From NCBI GenBank assembly GCA_964187785.1, contig OZ076414.1, positions 36,022,001 to 36,086,000 of the forward strand: a DNA stretch of 64,000 nt, given 5' to 3'. Position numbers and translations under genes: made by a program. The notes beneath the pieces were generated by a model. The model saw only the letters and a program-made list of their open reading frames with translations. It had not been told where the DNA came from and searched no databases. This DNA is from Amphiscolops sp. MND2022. Lineage: Eukaryota. Shown here piece by piece: positions 12,331 to 23,126 of the stretch (its first letter is position 1; each line of letters starts with the position of its first letter).

Positions 12331-12950
12331 TGATATTTTCTTAAGATATGGTACAGGAAATTGAAATCGCAATGTATTAGCATTCGTCTGCGGATTGCGT
12401 TGTACATGTATTACTATTTGTCCCTAATTTACGCTTTGCTTTTTTGGAAGGCCATAACCTGGAATATAAAACAGCGGGTTCCGCTGTTATGAGGCGCAAC
12501 ACTCTCGCTAACCGCGAAATCCCCTGTTTGATGCTACTAAGCCTATTTGGATATTTTCTTGAGGTATGCTACAGGAAACTGAAATCACAAGGCAATACCA
12601 AGTGTCTGCGGGTTCCGCTGTACATGTATTACCAATTGTCCCTAATTTCAGCACCGTTGTTTTGGAAAGCATCAATCTGGAATACAAAACAGCGGCTTCC
12701 GCTGTTATGAGGCGCTACACTCTCGCTAACCGCGGAATCCACTGTTTAAGGCTATCAAGTGTGTTTGGATATTTTTATAAGGTTTGGTTCAGGAAACTGA
12801 AATCGCAATGTATTAACATTTGTCTACGGATTCTGCTGTACATGTATCACTATTTGTCCTTAAATTCCACACTGCTGTTTTGGAAGACAATATTTATGAA
12901 GCGCAACACTCGCTAACAGCGGAACTCACTGTTTAATGCTCCAAATTTTT
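12331..12950. repeat. Tandem array of about 3 copies of a ~217-bp unit
   Basis: gatattttctt(a/g)ag(a/g)t...caggaaa(t/c)tgaaatc starts at ~12333, ~12550 and ~12768. Confidence 0.85.
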
Positions 12951-13213
12951 CCGACTAGCAAAAACCGACCTCTCCTATATCAAATACTCACAGAAAGACC
13001 ACGATTTTGCCTTGAACAGTTTTTTAAATATGAACGACATAAGTTTGTACGTAAACAACTCAATTGAACAGAACAAAAGATACAGAACAACTAACAAGAA
13101 GAAACATACAAAATGAAGTTCAAGTTGATACTGTTTCTTCAGTCTCCACTGCTTTTTGTTCTTCGATCTTTCTTGTTTCGGTGGCTCCTCAGGGCCGAGA
13201 TGGCGGAAGCTTT

Positions 13214-16200
13214 CTAACCTTGTTCACTGCACGGCCTCACTAACAAAGTGTGCACATCTTCAACTTGCAATGTCTTGATATTTGATCCAGGTAACGTTTC
13301 GTACTTTTTTGGATCCAGGATGCGATCTGATTCTAACGAATCCAGTACAAACGAAAAGTGAACGAACTTCCTATCTACTCCAGCAAATTTGCGACATAGA
13401 AGTCCGGTTGGAGTTGCCGCCTTTTCTGATACAGACTTTTTCGGCACGGCCGTCAACTCTTTATCGTTCGTTGATTCTTTGAGAACATCCGTCGACTTCT
13501 TCAACTCTTTTTCGTCTTTCATAACGACAAAGCAGTTTAGACAAGATGAGTGCGAAAATAACAGTGTTTCAGCATTTGTATATCTTGTTCCGTGTTTCAC
13601 CGACAGCAATCGAAGCGCAGGAAACAGGCTGCAGGCAAAAATCATTGTATGTCTTCGATTCTTCTTCAGCTCGATTGGCGATGCCGATAATACCTGGGGT
13701 TTTCGATAACAAATAGTTAATTGAAACTTTTTTTGCTTCAAAGGGTTGTTTCCTGAAGAACAAGGAAAATTGAAGCTCAAAAAAATGGGGTCTTGGGTCG
13801 ACTGCTTTCCTCCCCTCGCATCGTCTTGCTCTGATCCTCGCACAAATGATTCCAAGGTGTTATAGTATGTCCGCTCTCAATTAGTTGTGGATAAAGTAAC
13901 ATCTTCAGCTTGTAAGGCGTAAGTCCTTTATCTTTGCCAAATAGTAACATTGAGACTTGGTAATACGTCTCTGCCCCTTTGCTGAAACTTGTGACGTCGA
14001 GACCGGTCCGTGAACTGCGCAAAATAATAGTGCACACGTTAAGGCTAACCATATTGAGCTCAAATGCATCTGAAATAGAAATGTACCCATAGTTATAATT
14101 CTTCTTCGTGCGATTTGGTTTCGAAAACAATGACGGGTACTTCTGTTTCAGCACTTTGACGGAGTTTTCATTGTCATTGCTTCCCATTATTACTTTGTCG
14201 TCTTTCCATACACCTTCGAATAAGTTTGTCGTGTCCGGAATCAAATCAGAAAGCTCTTTTTTGTTGGCAATTGCTGTAAGTGCTCCCGACCCAGAAAGTG
14301 ACACCGCACAGACAGTCTTCACCTTCTATCCAGATTTGGTAGCCGTATCGAACTGGAAGTGCGGTTTCTTCAGATCTCGTTTGGTCAGATTTTCTTCCTA
14401 TCGCGCAAGTCACTCCTTTGCTTTGAGATGCTTGTCGTCAACAGTCTTCTATGGAATTTTTTGATATCATTTTAGACACGTCTTGTAATCATGTGCGTTA
14501 CATCAGGGCAAACGCATCGCATGTCGTCGTAGCTTACGAGAGACGTCGCAGGTAGATCAGTGCGGAAAAGAACTGGAATTTTGCTTCGGTATCCAGATTT
14601 TGGATCGATTGTTGAAGGTAGAAACGTGTCGTCTGATCCCAGAAACAGTGGCATGAGTGACGGGAAATCTGAGCTGCGATCGTTTGAGATTCCAAGAATT
14701 AATCTAAATTTAAGAAAAAAATTAAGCTCTTCTCAAATTACTTTACAGCAAAAACATTACGAAGACAACAGCAGTAGAATAAACAGTAAGAATCTCTCTT
14801 AAATGCAGAGTTCATGAATCAGGCTGCAACCGTGCATGATGCTCCCAATAGATTGCTGCAAAAAAGTTTGCAGCAACCGCCGCATGGAATATTTTGACAA
14901 AAGGCTATGAGACTATTCATTGTTCAGCTATAAATTGAAGCGGTATCAAATGTTGCTCACCTGAGTAGGGACGGGTTGTCTCCGCTATTAGTCAATCTGA
15001 CGCTGAGTTCTCTCAACGCAACAATCTGCTTGAACAGCCACCCTGATGTTTTGTCCCCATTTTTTTCATATCCCACATTTTGCCATAAAGCAAACCTGCT
15101 GTCCTTGCCTCGGTACGCAGCAAAACAGAAGACACTGTCAGATGATTGCAGACTTATTTACTCACAGATCAATCTGAACGCCAGCCTCATTACTTCTGTT
15201 CCTCCGATTGCGGCACCGTTTCCCCATATATAAACCATTAGTCTCGTTTGTAGTTTGAAGGATTGCGTTTGCAGCAAGTTTGACACAACGAACAACATCT
15301 ATTCGGAATCCACTAAAGGTTCTTTCCGGATTGCAGAGTTTAATGAAATGTTGGATGAATTTGGCATTGGACGTGACAACCGTACGAGTTCAGGGTACCC
15401 AGTTAAAGCCCAGGCCAGGAACTGACATGCGAGAACAAATCAATTCAGGTTGATTACGCCATTTACGTTACCAGTCTTTGTATGAATTACCAAAGCGTCG
15501 CGAAAGTCAGAACAACTACCCCTGTCTTTGAAAAAGCCCACAATAAGGCCCCATATGATGTTCATTTGCTTTCTGGATGCTCCGTTCCGCCTCTAACTTT
15601 GATCAGCTTCTTCGTGTGCTGCTTGAGTGAACCAACGAATGATTATCCTTTTGTACCTGATGCACCAAATGACTTGTCTCCAAAAGCTCTTCAAGATCAT
15701 TTTTCCCCGGCTTTACACACATCCTGAGCCTTTTTACGTAATGAAAGTTTCGGTTAGCTCGTTCGATGGATCCGCCAGATGTGCCAGAGGAAACGTTCAT
15801 ACACGAGTTGTTGTTAGGGGCAGAAGCATGAAAGGGGGCGTTGTTTGGGACAGATGCTTTGAAGGGAACGTTGTTTGGTACAGATGCATGAACGGGCACG
15901 TTGTTTGGTACAGATGCTTGAAGGGGACGTTGTTTGGTACAGATGCATTGAAGGGGACGTTGTGTGGGACAGACGCATTAATGGGAACGTTGTTTGGGAC
16001 AGATACAATGCAAGGGTCAACAATAGGAATAAGCTCTAGGGAGAAAAAGAAGGAGACGAAGTCTTTCGTGACTTGGTTTTATGCGTGATCACTCAATCCG
16101 CAAACTATGATAAGTTTCATTGTTTTTGCACCTACGTAGGTTGCTTCACGTCCTCCTTTTTCAATTTTGACTCTTTTGACCAAAGCTTCTGGATCTAGAT

Positions 16201-16400
16201 CCATCGAAGTACCAGTTACAATTTGTTTGACGGCTGCAAGGATATTACGAAACCTGTTCTTGAAAATTCACTAGAATGTCGCTGTTGATAAACTGCTTAT
16301 TGCATTCGACAATCAACAAGTGTTGATCCCATAAGTCTTGTATGTAACTTGATCCTCCCATTGAAGATGAAGATGAAAATCGAATGAGAATGGAGAGGTT
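13214..16400 (-). pseudogene. Decayed intron-containing DDE transposase, Transib/RAG1-like
   Basis: Minus-strand motifs in the expected order: LMVYIWG(N)GA (~15212-15240, first Asp mutated), VFCFAAYRGKDS, CVCPDVTHMITRR (~14480-14515; DxLH-type motif), and LTPYKLK...WNHLCE (RAG1/Transib TxYxH...E region). Putative introns at 15135-15165 and 14928-14960. Upstream boundary uncertain. Confidence 0.55.
15833..16018. repeat. 30-bp minisatellite, about 6 copies, encoding (VPNNVPFNAS)n on the minus strand
   Basis: Unit gggaacgttgtttggtacagatgcattgaa; ORF 15603-15899 shows SVPNNVPFKASVPNNAPFHASAPNN. Confidence 0.9.
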
Positions 16401-16663
16401 AACGTCATCTTAGATGTTCGCACCTCAACTCCAATACTACGTTCAAGTGTTATTTGACGCTTTTGCAATTGATTTGAGGCTTTTTGAAATGATGTGACGC
16501 TTTCAAAAGGGTATCATAATGCGTAATGCGTCTCTAACCAACAGACAGGTGTCAGTTTAGCACGTCGCTTTTACTAATAGTTTTACTGGTAGTCAGGCGT
16601 TGTAATTATTATACATTTGTCAAGTTACTCTGCCTGTTTCTGTACTTACTTGGATAATATTTT

Positions 16664-17150
16664 GTGGAAATTTTTCGTCCAAACGAAATTGTTCATGTTA
16701 TTGACGAGAGTATATCGAGGTGGACAAAGGCCAACTTTATTGGCATTGTTAGCGACTGGTCTGTTAAAGTAAAGCGGACGAGCTACACTTCGAGTTATTC
16801 TTCAGTAACTATTAAGACACCAGCGGATAAGCGTATAGATCGGTCGTTATGGAAGTTTCGAAAAGTTTCAGACAAAACATATTACTCCATCCTTTCCAGA
16901 GAGGACAGACGACAAACACCAAAGGTAATACAACTCGAGTACAACCCCAAACATTGTGTTCATGACGATGAGGCGAGTTTCAGTCCAAATTAGGTTTAAA
17001 TTTTGAACATCAGTTCGGTTAAAAACGGAATATCCATTGCGAAATCCGTTGATGCCTAAAACATTAAGATTTGCCTCAGGAACCAACCAAAAATGTAATA
17101 AAAAGATATTTGTCCCCGGAATCCAGAAAAACGCAAGCGGATACCGCTGC
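16664..17150 (+). pseudogene. Decayed ORF with a Tudor/SH3-like N-terminus, divergent from the transposase
   Basis: FRPNEIVHVIDESISRWTKANFIGIVSDWSVKVKRTSY fits a Tudor-type beta-barrel pattern (xxGexVxa...W..A.i...........V.w); pattern recognition only. Confidence 0.35.
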
Positions 17151-19403
17151 ACTTGTTATAAAGTTTACCTTTGAAATGCTTCATTTAAACCCGTGAACCT
17201 AGACATCATGGTTTGTTCCATTGATCGACCATATGCTGTATTTTCTGCCATCAAGCGGCTCATTGGTCTCTGTCACTGAAAAAAAAAACGTTCTGTGAAT
17301 TCCAATGTGTGCCATGCTACAACTTTCACCAGGGGATGTGATGGATTCGAAGCAGACTCGGCTCAGGATTTTGTACGTATGTCAAAATAACATTGGTCAA
17401 GAAGGAAAATAATTAGGTATTTGTTAACTAAGAGCAAAGAAGCAATACAAGATGATAGTTTTTGAGTTCATGTTACTGTTTTGGTCAGGTTTGCTGCTCA
17501 TTTTGAAACTGGATTCCGCGGTTGCCATCGCTCGTGCGACTCACTCTTTGGAGAGCGGTGGGAAATCTTGCCAGGGGACGGAGAGGTGTCGCTGGACATC
17601 AGAGCAACCCGATCTTCTGAGACCCAAGCCTTTCTCTTCCGACCCATTACACTTCAAATAAACTCTTGTGAAGGACGCTTCCAAACCGAAAAACAATATT
17701 GGGATATCCTCAAGGTGAACTCTAAACACAATAAATTTTGGCGGAGCTTTCCGGTGGAGTGAATCTACGAGTAACAGATGTTAATGGGATATCAATAAAT
17801 TTCGAAGGCGGTGGAGTAGGAGGATAAGTTTTTGTTGATTGTCATTCATTGTGGACAGGTAAGTTATTAGAGCAGTTGTCAATATTGGTATCATCAGGAG
17901 GTATGGAAATATGTAAATAGGAAGGAGAAGATATTGAAGGTAATTGGGAGTGTCCAGCTGAAAAATTAAAGGGTGGATTAGTATGTGAATTGTAATTAGG
18001 AGGAGGGGTGAAGTATTGTCAGTTAATGGAGTAGTGGTAGTGGGAGGATACTGTGGCGAAATTTTAAGTAAGGGGGATTTCTTGTTCGATGTTTCTTTAA
18101 TTGTTGATCTGTGCATGGTCTTTCTATTTTTGAGATAAAAGATTTTAGATTTGATGTTAGGATTGATTTGTGAGATTTTATAATATTGTTTTTAGTTTTG
18201 TGGTGTGAAAGGGACGGAGTGTAGAATTCAGGTGGTTTCATCATAGAAGTCATCATTGTTATAGTTACAGTTCCAAAAAAGCCATTAACAAAAGCATAAG
18301 CAAGAGAGATTTGTTTTATTTTAAAGAATTTACTTAACATTCAAAGAAATTATAGAAATGAACTACGGAGTGTGTTGAAAGCAATCTGGAGAAAGAGAAC
18401 AGCGGAAAAATAATTCCAGATTGAGTTAACGTATGGGTAGTTCAGCATGAGTAGTAGTAGCCAAAGAGTTTAATGAAAGCATCGGTGAACCATTCAGGTG
18501 AAAAGAAAGGAGTTAAGTTTTACATATAGTCATGAAGACCATTTCACAGTGATTTAAAAAGATTAATTGGGAGAAGTTTAGAAGATTGTTTACTCATAAT
18601 TGCATAATTAATTGCTTCACATAGAAGGTGTAAGGTATTGTCGGAGTGTTTTCTAAATAAAACTCGATTCCGTGAGTGTTTGAGTTCTTTTTGAGCGTGA
18701 ATACATGCATCTTGGGCAGTAAAAGTGTCTGAGCTGATATCAGTTTGAATGAGTTGGTTCAAATAATAGAGGAGGGTCTTTTTAATAGGCTGTGGAGTAA
18801 CGACATATTTTTGATCGGTATCAGGGTCAAGAGCAATAACATTTTGTTGGTTATTTTCACATGGAATGTGATTTGCATAGTTAAATGTTTGACGTGTAAT
18901 TGGATCAACATACATAACAGTGTCAAAATAGGAGACGGGGATTTTATCATAGCCTTGTTCAGCGATATATAAAGGAGAGAGGTGTTGAGGACAATCATAG
19001 AGCCAGGCAGTACAACCTTCTACATATAAGAGATTCTTACGATATTGGATAAGGAGAAAACATCAAGTTGTGGATTTTTAACAGACATAGCGAGGATGGT
19101 TAAAAGTTGGGTTCTTTCAATTTCACAAATATAGTGTAAAAATGTAATGAAGAGGTCAAGATATTGATTAGTATATAATGGTGTGGGTTTATTGCAAATC
19201 GGTTTACTTTCAGGGACAATTTCAAAACGAGTTCGACATTTAGAGTCATGGAAAGGAGTTCCAGATAAAAAATGAGATTTTTCAATGTTAAAAAAGTGTT
19301 CAGTTTCAAGCCAATAACAATATTTAGTTTAGACATACCTCCAATAAAGTGTGAATGGAGAAATTAAAATGGAGAAACATTAAATAGTTTCATATTGAAT
19401 GTT

Positions 19404-20288
19404 ATGGCGAATGTTCGCAAACTACGGAACAACTCCAAAGCTTCATCCACTCTGTGCAAGGAATGCAACAAGGCTGTCAAGGATGATGACAAATCAGGAA
19501 TTTGCTGCCACTCTTGCAATAGCTGGGTCCACGGTGGATGTGTCAATTTGAGTGTCACTGATGTTGAATGGCTTGGATCAAAACCCAACTGTTTGTGGGT
19601 GTGCAATTCATGTGTGAATAATGAAGTTTTCACCAACAATTCCGAAGATAAGTTGACATCATTATTTGATTCTTTTACTTCTAAAATCAAAACTTCTGTT
19701 GCTGAACTTATCCCTAAAGCAATCGATGAATCCTTGCCAAAGGTAATAATTGAATTGAATGAAAAAGTTAAAACTGCTGTCGTTGACTCGCTACCCTCAT
19801 ATAAAGACGTTGTAACTGGCAAAAATTTAAACAAATCGGCTCCATCTTCTGAATTAAACTTTGTCCTTACTGGTGCAAGTGAAAGTGGATCAACCTACTT
19901 TGAGCAACTTGAACATGATTCGGAAAGTGTTAACAAAATCCTTGGTCACATGGGTCTAAAAACCGAAGGCAATGTCACTGCAGTGAGAAGGCTTGGCAAA
20001 AAAATAAATCCGGCCAATAACACACCTAGAAGTTGTCGTCCTTTATTGATTTCTACATCAAACAGTCATTTTCTACAAAATTGTTTTGCCAGAAGTCATT
20101 ACCTGAAAACATACACTGATCCAGTGTATGTCAAGAAGTTCTTGACACCTACTGAACGTAAAATTGAGAAAGCTGTACTACAAAAGCGTTATTCCATGGT
20201 GTCGGAAGGTAAAAAGAGAGAGGATTTCCGCATCAAAAACTTGCAACTTTTCTACCAAGGCAAACCAGTCGAAACTCCAACGGACTGA
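19404..20288 (+). CDS. LINE ORF1 with N-terminal PHD finger
   Basis: ATG at 19404; CKEC...CHSC...HGGC...CNSC (C4HC3 pattern); C-terminal RRLGK...RPLLI...YVKKFLT region typical of CR1/L2 ORF1. Confidence 0.9.
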   Translation: MANVRKLRNNSKASSTLCKECNKAVKDDDKSGICCHSCNSWVHGGCVNLSVTDVEWLGSKPNCLWVCNSCVNNEVFTNNSEDKLTSLFDSFTSKIKTSVAELIPKAIDESLPKVIIELNEKVKTAVVDSLPSYKDVVTGKNLNKSAPSSELNFVLTGASESGSTYFEQLEHDSESVNKILGHMGLKTEGNVTAVRRLGKKINPANNTPRSCRPLLISTSNSHFLQNCFARSHYLKTYTDPVYVKKFLTPTERKIEKAVLQKRYSMVSEGKKREDFRIKNLQLFYQGKPVETPTD

Positions 20289-23126
20289 CTAAACTGTCTT
20301 TTGGTGAATTGTCAGTCAATCTGTAGCATTGAAAAGAGGCAAAATTTGAACAAGTTATGTACTGTCAACACTGTTTCTTTAGTCTTCTTAACGGAAACAT
20401 GGCTTTCAAATGACGTAGTGAATTCTGAGGTTTTTCTGGGCAATTCTTTCACTGTTATCTCTCGCTCTGACCGTTCTTTTGGCTCTCATGGTGGTGTTTT
20501 GATTGGTGCCTCAAATGATGTCAACCTGAATATTATGGATGTTTCTATTGTCGACTACGAATTCTCTGTAGCCTGTGTTGTTGTTGACGTGAAACTCATA
20601 TGCTTCGTTCTTATTTATTTCCCACCTTCTACATCTGAATACCGCATAGACTGCAAGGTTTTGTCATCATGTCTACATTCTTATAATACGAAATTTGCCA
20701 CAATGAGTTATCAATGTGGTTTTGGTGAAGATTATATCTTATACATTCTTGGCGATTTCAATTTTCCTGAAATCGATTGGATTAATCTAACATCATCAAA
20801 TACTAATGAGCAAAAGTTTATTGAAACCTCTGACCTGTTAGCAGTTTCGCAGTTAATCGATACCCCGACTCATAAGTTGGGAAATATTCTTGACCTGATT
20901 CTAACAAATGACGACACTAGCTTTTTCAATGTTCACCAACAGTTGTTTTCTGATCATTTTCCAATATTATTCTATACGTCTTGCTGCCTGCCTAAACCAG
21001 TTTGTACTGAATCGTTCTCCAAATCTTCTTTTGACCAATTCCTTTTCAACAGTAATCTTGAAACCTTATTCAATTTCATAACACTTGATAACTTGTCTAA
21101 TCCCTGTTATCCTTACGAATGGTATGAACTTTTAACCCAATCTATTGGAAGCTCTCTGCAGCTCAAGCGTTCCAAAAGACTTCATTTTCCAGCTTTCTAC
21201 TCATCACATACAATCCATATTCTCAATCTTGTTAGAACTAACCAAACAAAATTGAACAAAGGTTGGTCGCTCCACAATTCAATCAAGCATATTGAGTTGA
21301 CACGTGCCCTCTCTGAATCTATTGAACTTGACAAACACATTTACATTGAGCAATTCAGCTTAAAGTCGCCAACAGACTGTTTCAAACTTCTGCGTTCACT
21401 AGGTTTTAGTCAATCATATCCTTCTGTTATGTACTTTGAAGATCAAGTTTTACATACTGAAAGTGAGAAAGCAACCTGTTTTAATAACTACTTCGGATCA
21501 GTATTTGGTCCCAAAACCATCAACCCACCTACTCTTTTCATGTCTTCAGATCACAAAATTTGTCTTGATGATGTTTCTATTCGGGCGGAAACTGTTACTT
21601 TCATGCTTAGTCAATGCAATGATTCGTCATCCCTTGGTCCAGATCTTATTCCCTCCTTCATTTTATATCGATGTTCTCAGATCCTCACTCCCATAGTTAC
21701 TGAACTCTTCAACTGGGTTTTACACAATAGAACTTGGCCTGCTATGTGGAAGTTGTCTTTTGTTACTCCTCTTCACAAAGATGGTCCGCGAACGCAGATA
21801 GAAAACTATCGACCAATAAGTATTTTGCCTAAATTGTCTCTTATTTTGGAACGTATACTTTTCAATTTTATTTATCCAAAAGTCCGAAATTCGATTACTA
21901 AAAACCAGCACGGCTTCATGACAAAACGAAGTACTGTAACGCAGATGATATTATATCTTGATAAAGTCTACCGTAATATTGATTCCAACGTACCGTCATT
22001 AGCTGCATATTTCGACGTCAGAAAAGCTTTCGACTCAGTGCCTCATCACTTACTTCTGCAAAAACTTGTGAAATTCGGGTTCTGTCCAGATTTTATTCGC
22101 TTGTTCTCTTCTTACCTGGATGAACGCTCCCAGTGTGTAAAACTTAATAATACCTTCTCCAGTAAAATAACCGTTTCTTCTGGTGTACCGCAAGGCAGTG
22201 TACTGGGTCCATTACTGTTTATCCTGTTTGTAAACGATATGCCGAACTTAATAGTTTATGGTACTCCTTTCTTGTTTGCTGATGATATGAAGGTGTTGTT
22301 CGATGTTGATCCCCGCCAAATTCAAAGTGATATTGACAACTTGTATCTTTGGAGTATTGCCAACGGTCTGATTTTTCACCCTTCAAAGTGCAAAATTTTA
22401 CCTTTTGGTTCCTCGTCTTTCGATGAATCATTCATTCTTGGCGACAATGATCTTCCTGTGGTTGACAATATAAAAGATTTGGGCTTCCTGATTACTCACA
22501 ATCTAAGCTGGAACAGCCACATTGACCATAAATTAGCCACTGCTCGAAAAATATTTGGGTTTCTTCGAAGAAATGTTCCATTCAATTGTTCTTTTGTCAG
22601 AAAGAAACTGCTTTATCAAAGTCTTATTTTATCTGTTCTTCTTTACGGTTCCCCTGTGTGGTCTCCCTCCTCCACGTATATTGCAAGACTAGAAAAATTC
22701 CAATATAAAGTTTTGAAATGGATGTTTTCATCAGAGGACTATGTTTCAGGTCTGCTCCAGCTACAGTTTCTTCCAATCTGCTACCAACTCATCAAAGCTG
22801 ACGTGATTCTACTGTGGAAAATTTACAATAGTGATGTTGATTGTGAATACTGTCCATCTAATGTTGCCTCTTGTACGCGTGCATCTTCGGCCAATCAATT
22901 TATTATCCCTGATACAAAAAAACTTGGCTCAAACGCTAACTTCTTCGTACGAGCCACACGTTCTGTAAACTTTCTCTTAAGTCAAAATGTTATATCTTTA
23001 ACCATGTCTCTATCATCTTTAAAATTATCTCTTGACTGTTATTTCAGTATGCTAACAAAGAATTTTAACATCGATAATTCTTGTTGCTTCTACCTCAAAT
23101 GTATGTGCACTTGTTGTAGGTCCTAA
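20289..23126 (+). CDS. LINE ORF2: apurinic endonuclease plus reverse transcriptase, in frame with ORF1 directly after its TGA
   Basis: LLVNCQSI, LTETW, GDFN, LDLIL, SDH (APE); NYRPISIL, QHGF, FDVRKAFDSV, GVPQGSVLGPLLF, FADD (RT); no stops or frameshifts. Confidence 0.95.
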   Translation, partial: LNCLLVNCQSICSIEKRQNLNKLCTVNTVSLVFLTETWLSNDVVNSEVFLGNSFTVISRSDRSFGSHGGVLIGASNDVNLNIMDVSIVDYEFSVACVVVDVKLICFVLIYFPPSTSEYRIDCKVLSSCLHSYNTKFATMSYQCGFGEDYILYILGDFNFPEIDWINLTSSNTNEQKFIETSDLLAVSQLIDTPTHKLGNILDLILTNDDTSFFNVHQQLFSDHFPILFYTSCCLPKPVCTESFSKSSFDQFLFNSNLETLFNFITLDNLSNPCYPYEWYELLTQSIGSSLQLKRSKRLHFPAFYSSHTIHILNLVRTNQTKLNKGWSLHNSIKHIELTRALSESIELDKHIYIEQFSLKSPTDCFKLLRSLGFSQSYPSVMYFEDQVLHTESEKATCFNNYFGSVFGPKTINPPTLFMSSDHKICLDDVSIRAETVTFMLSQCNDSSSLGPDLIPSFILYRCSQILTPIVTELFNWVLHNRTWPAMWKLSFVTPLHKDGPRTQIENYRPISILPKLSLILERILFNFIYPKVRNSITKNQHGFMTKRSTVTQMILYLDKVYRNIDSNVPSLAAYFDVRKAFDSVPHHLLLQKLVKFGFCPDFIRLFSSYLDERSQCVKLNNTFSSKITVSSGVPQGSVLGPLLFILFVNDMPNLIVYGTPFLFADDMKVLFDVDPRQIQSDIDNLYLWSIANGLIFHPSKCKILPFGSSSFDESFILGDNDLPVVDNIKDLGFLITHNLSWNSHIDHKLATARKIFGFLRRNVPFNCSFVRKKLLYQSLILSVLLYGSPVWSPSSTYIARLEKFQYKVLKWMFSSEDYVSGLLQLQFLPICYQLIKADVILLWKIYNSDVDCEYCPSNVASCTRASSANQFIIPDTKKLGSNANFFVRATRSVNFLLSQNVISLTMSLSSLKLSLDCYFSMLTKNFNIDNSCCFYLKCMCTCCRS

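Noticed and set aside
17452-17762. GC-richer ORFs just before gypsy copy 1
   Set aside because: No recognisable domain; cannot be linked to the Tudor-like ORF from sequence alone
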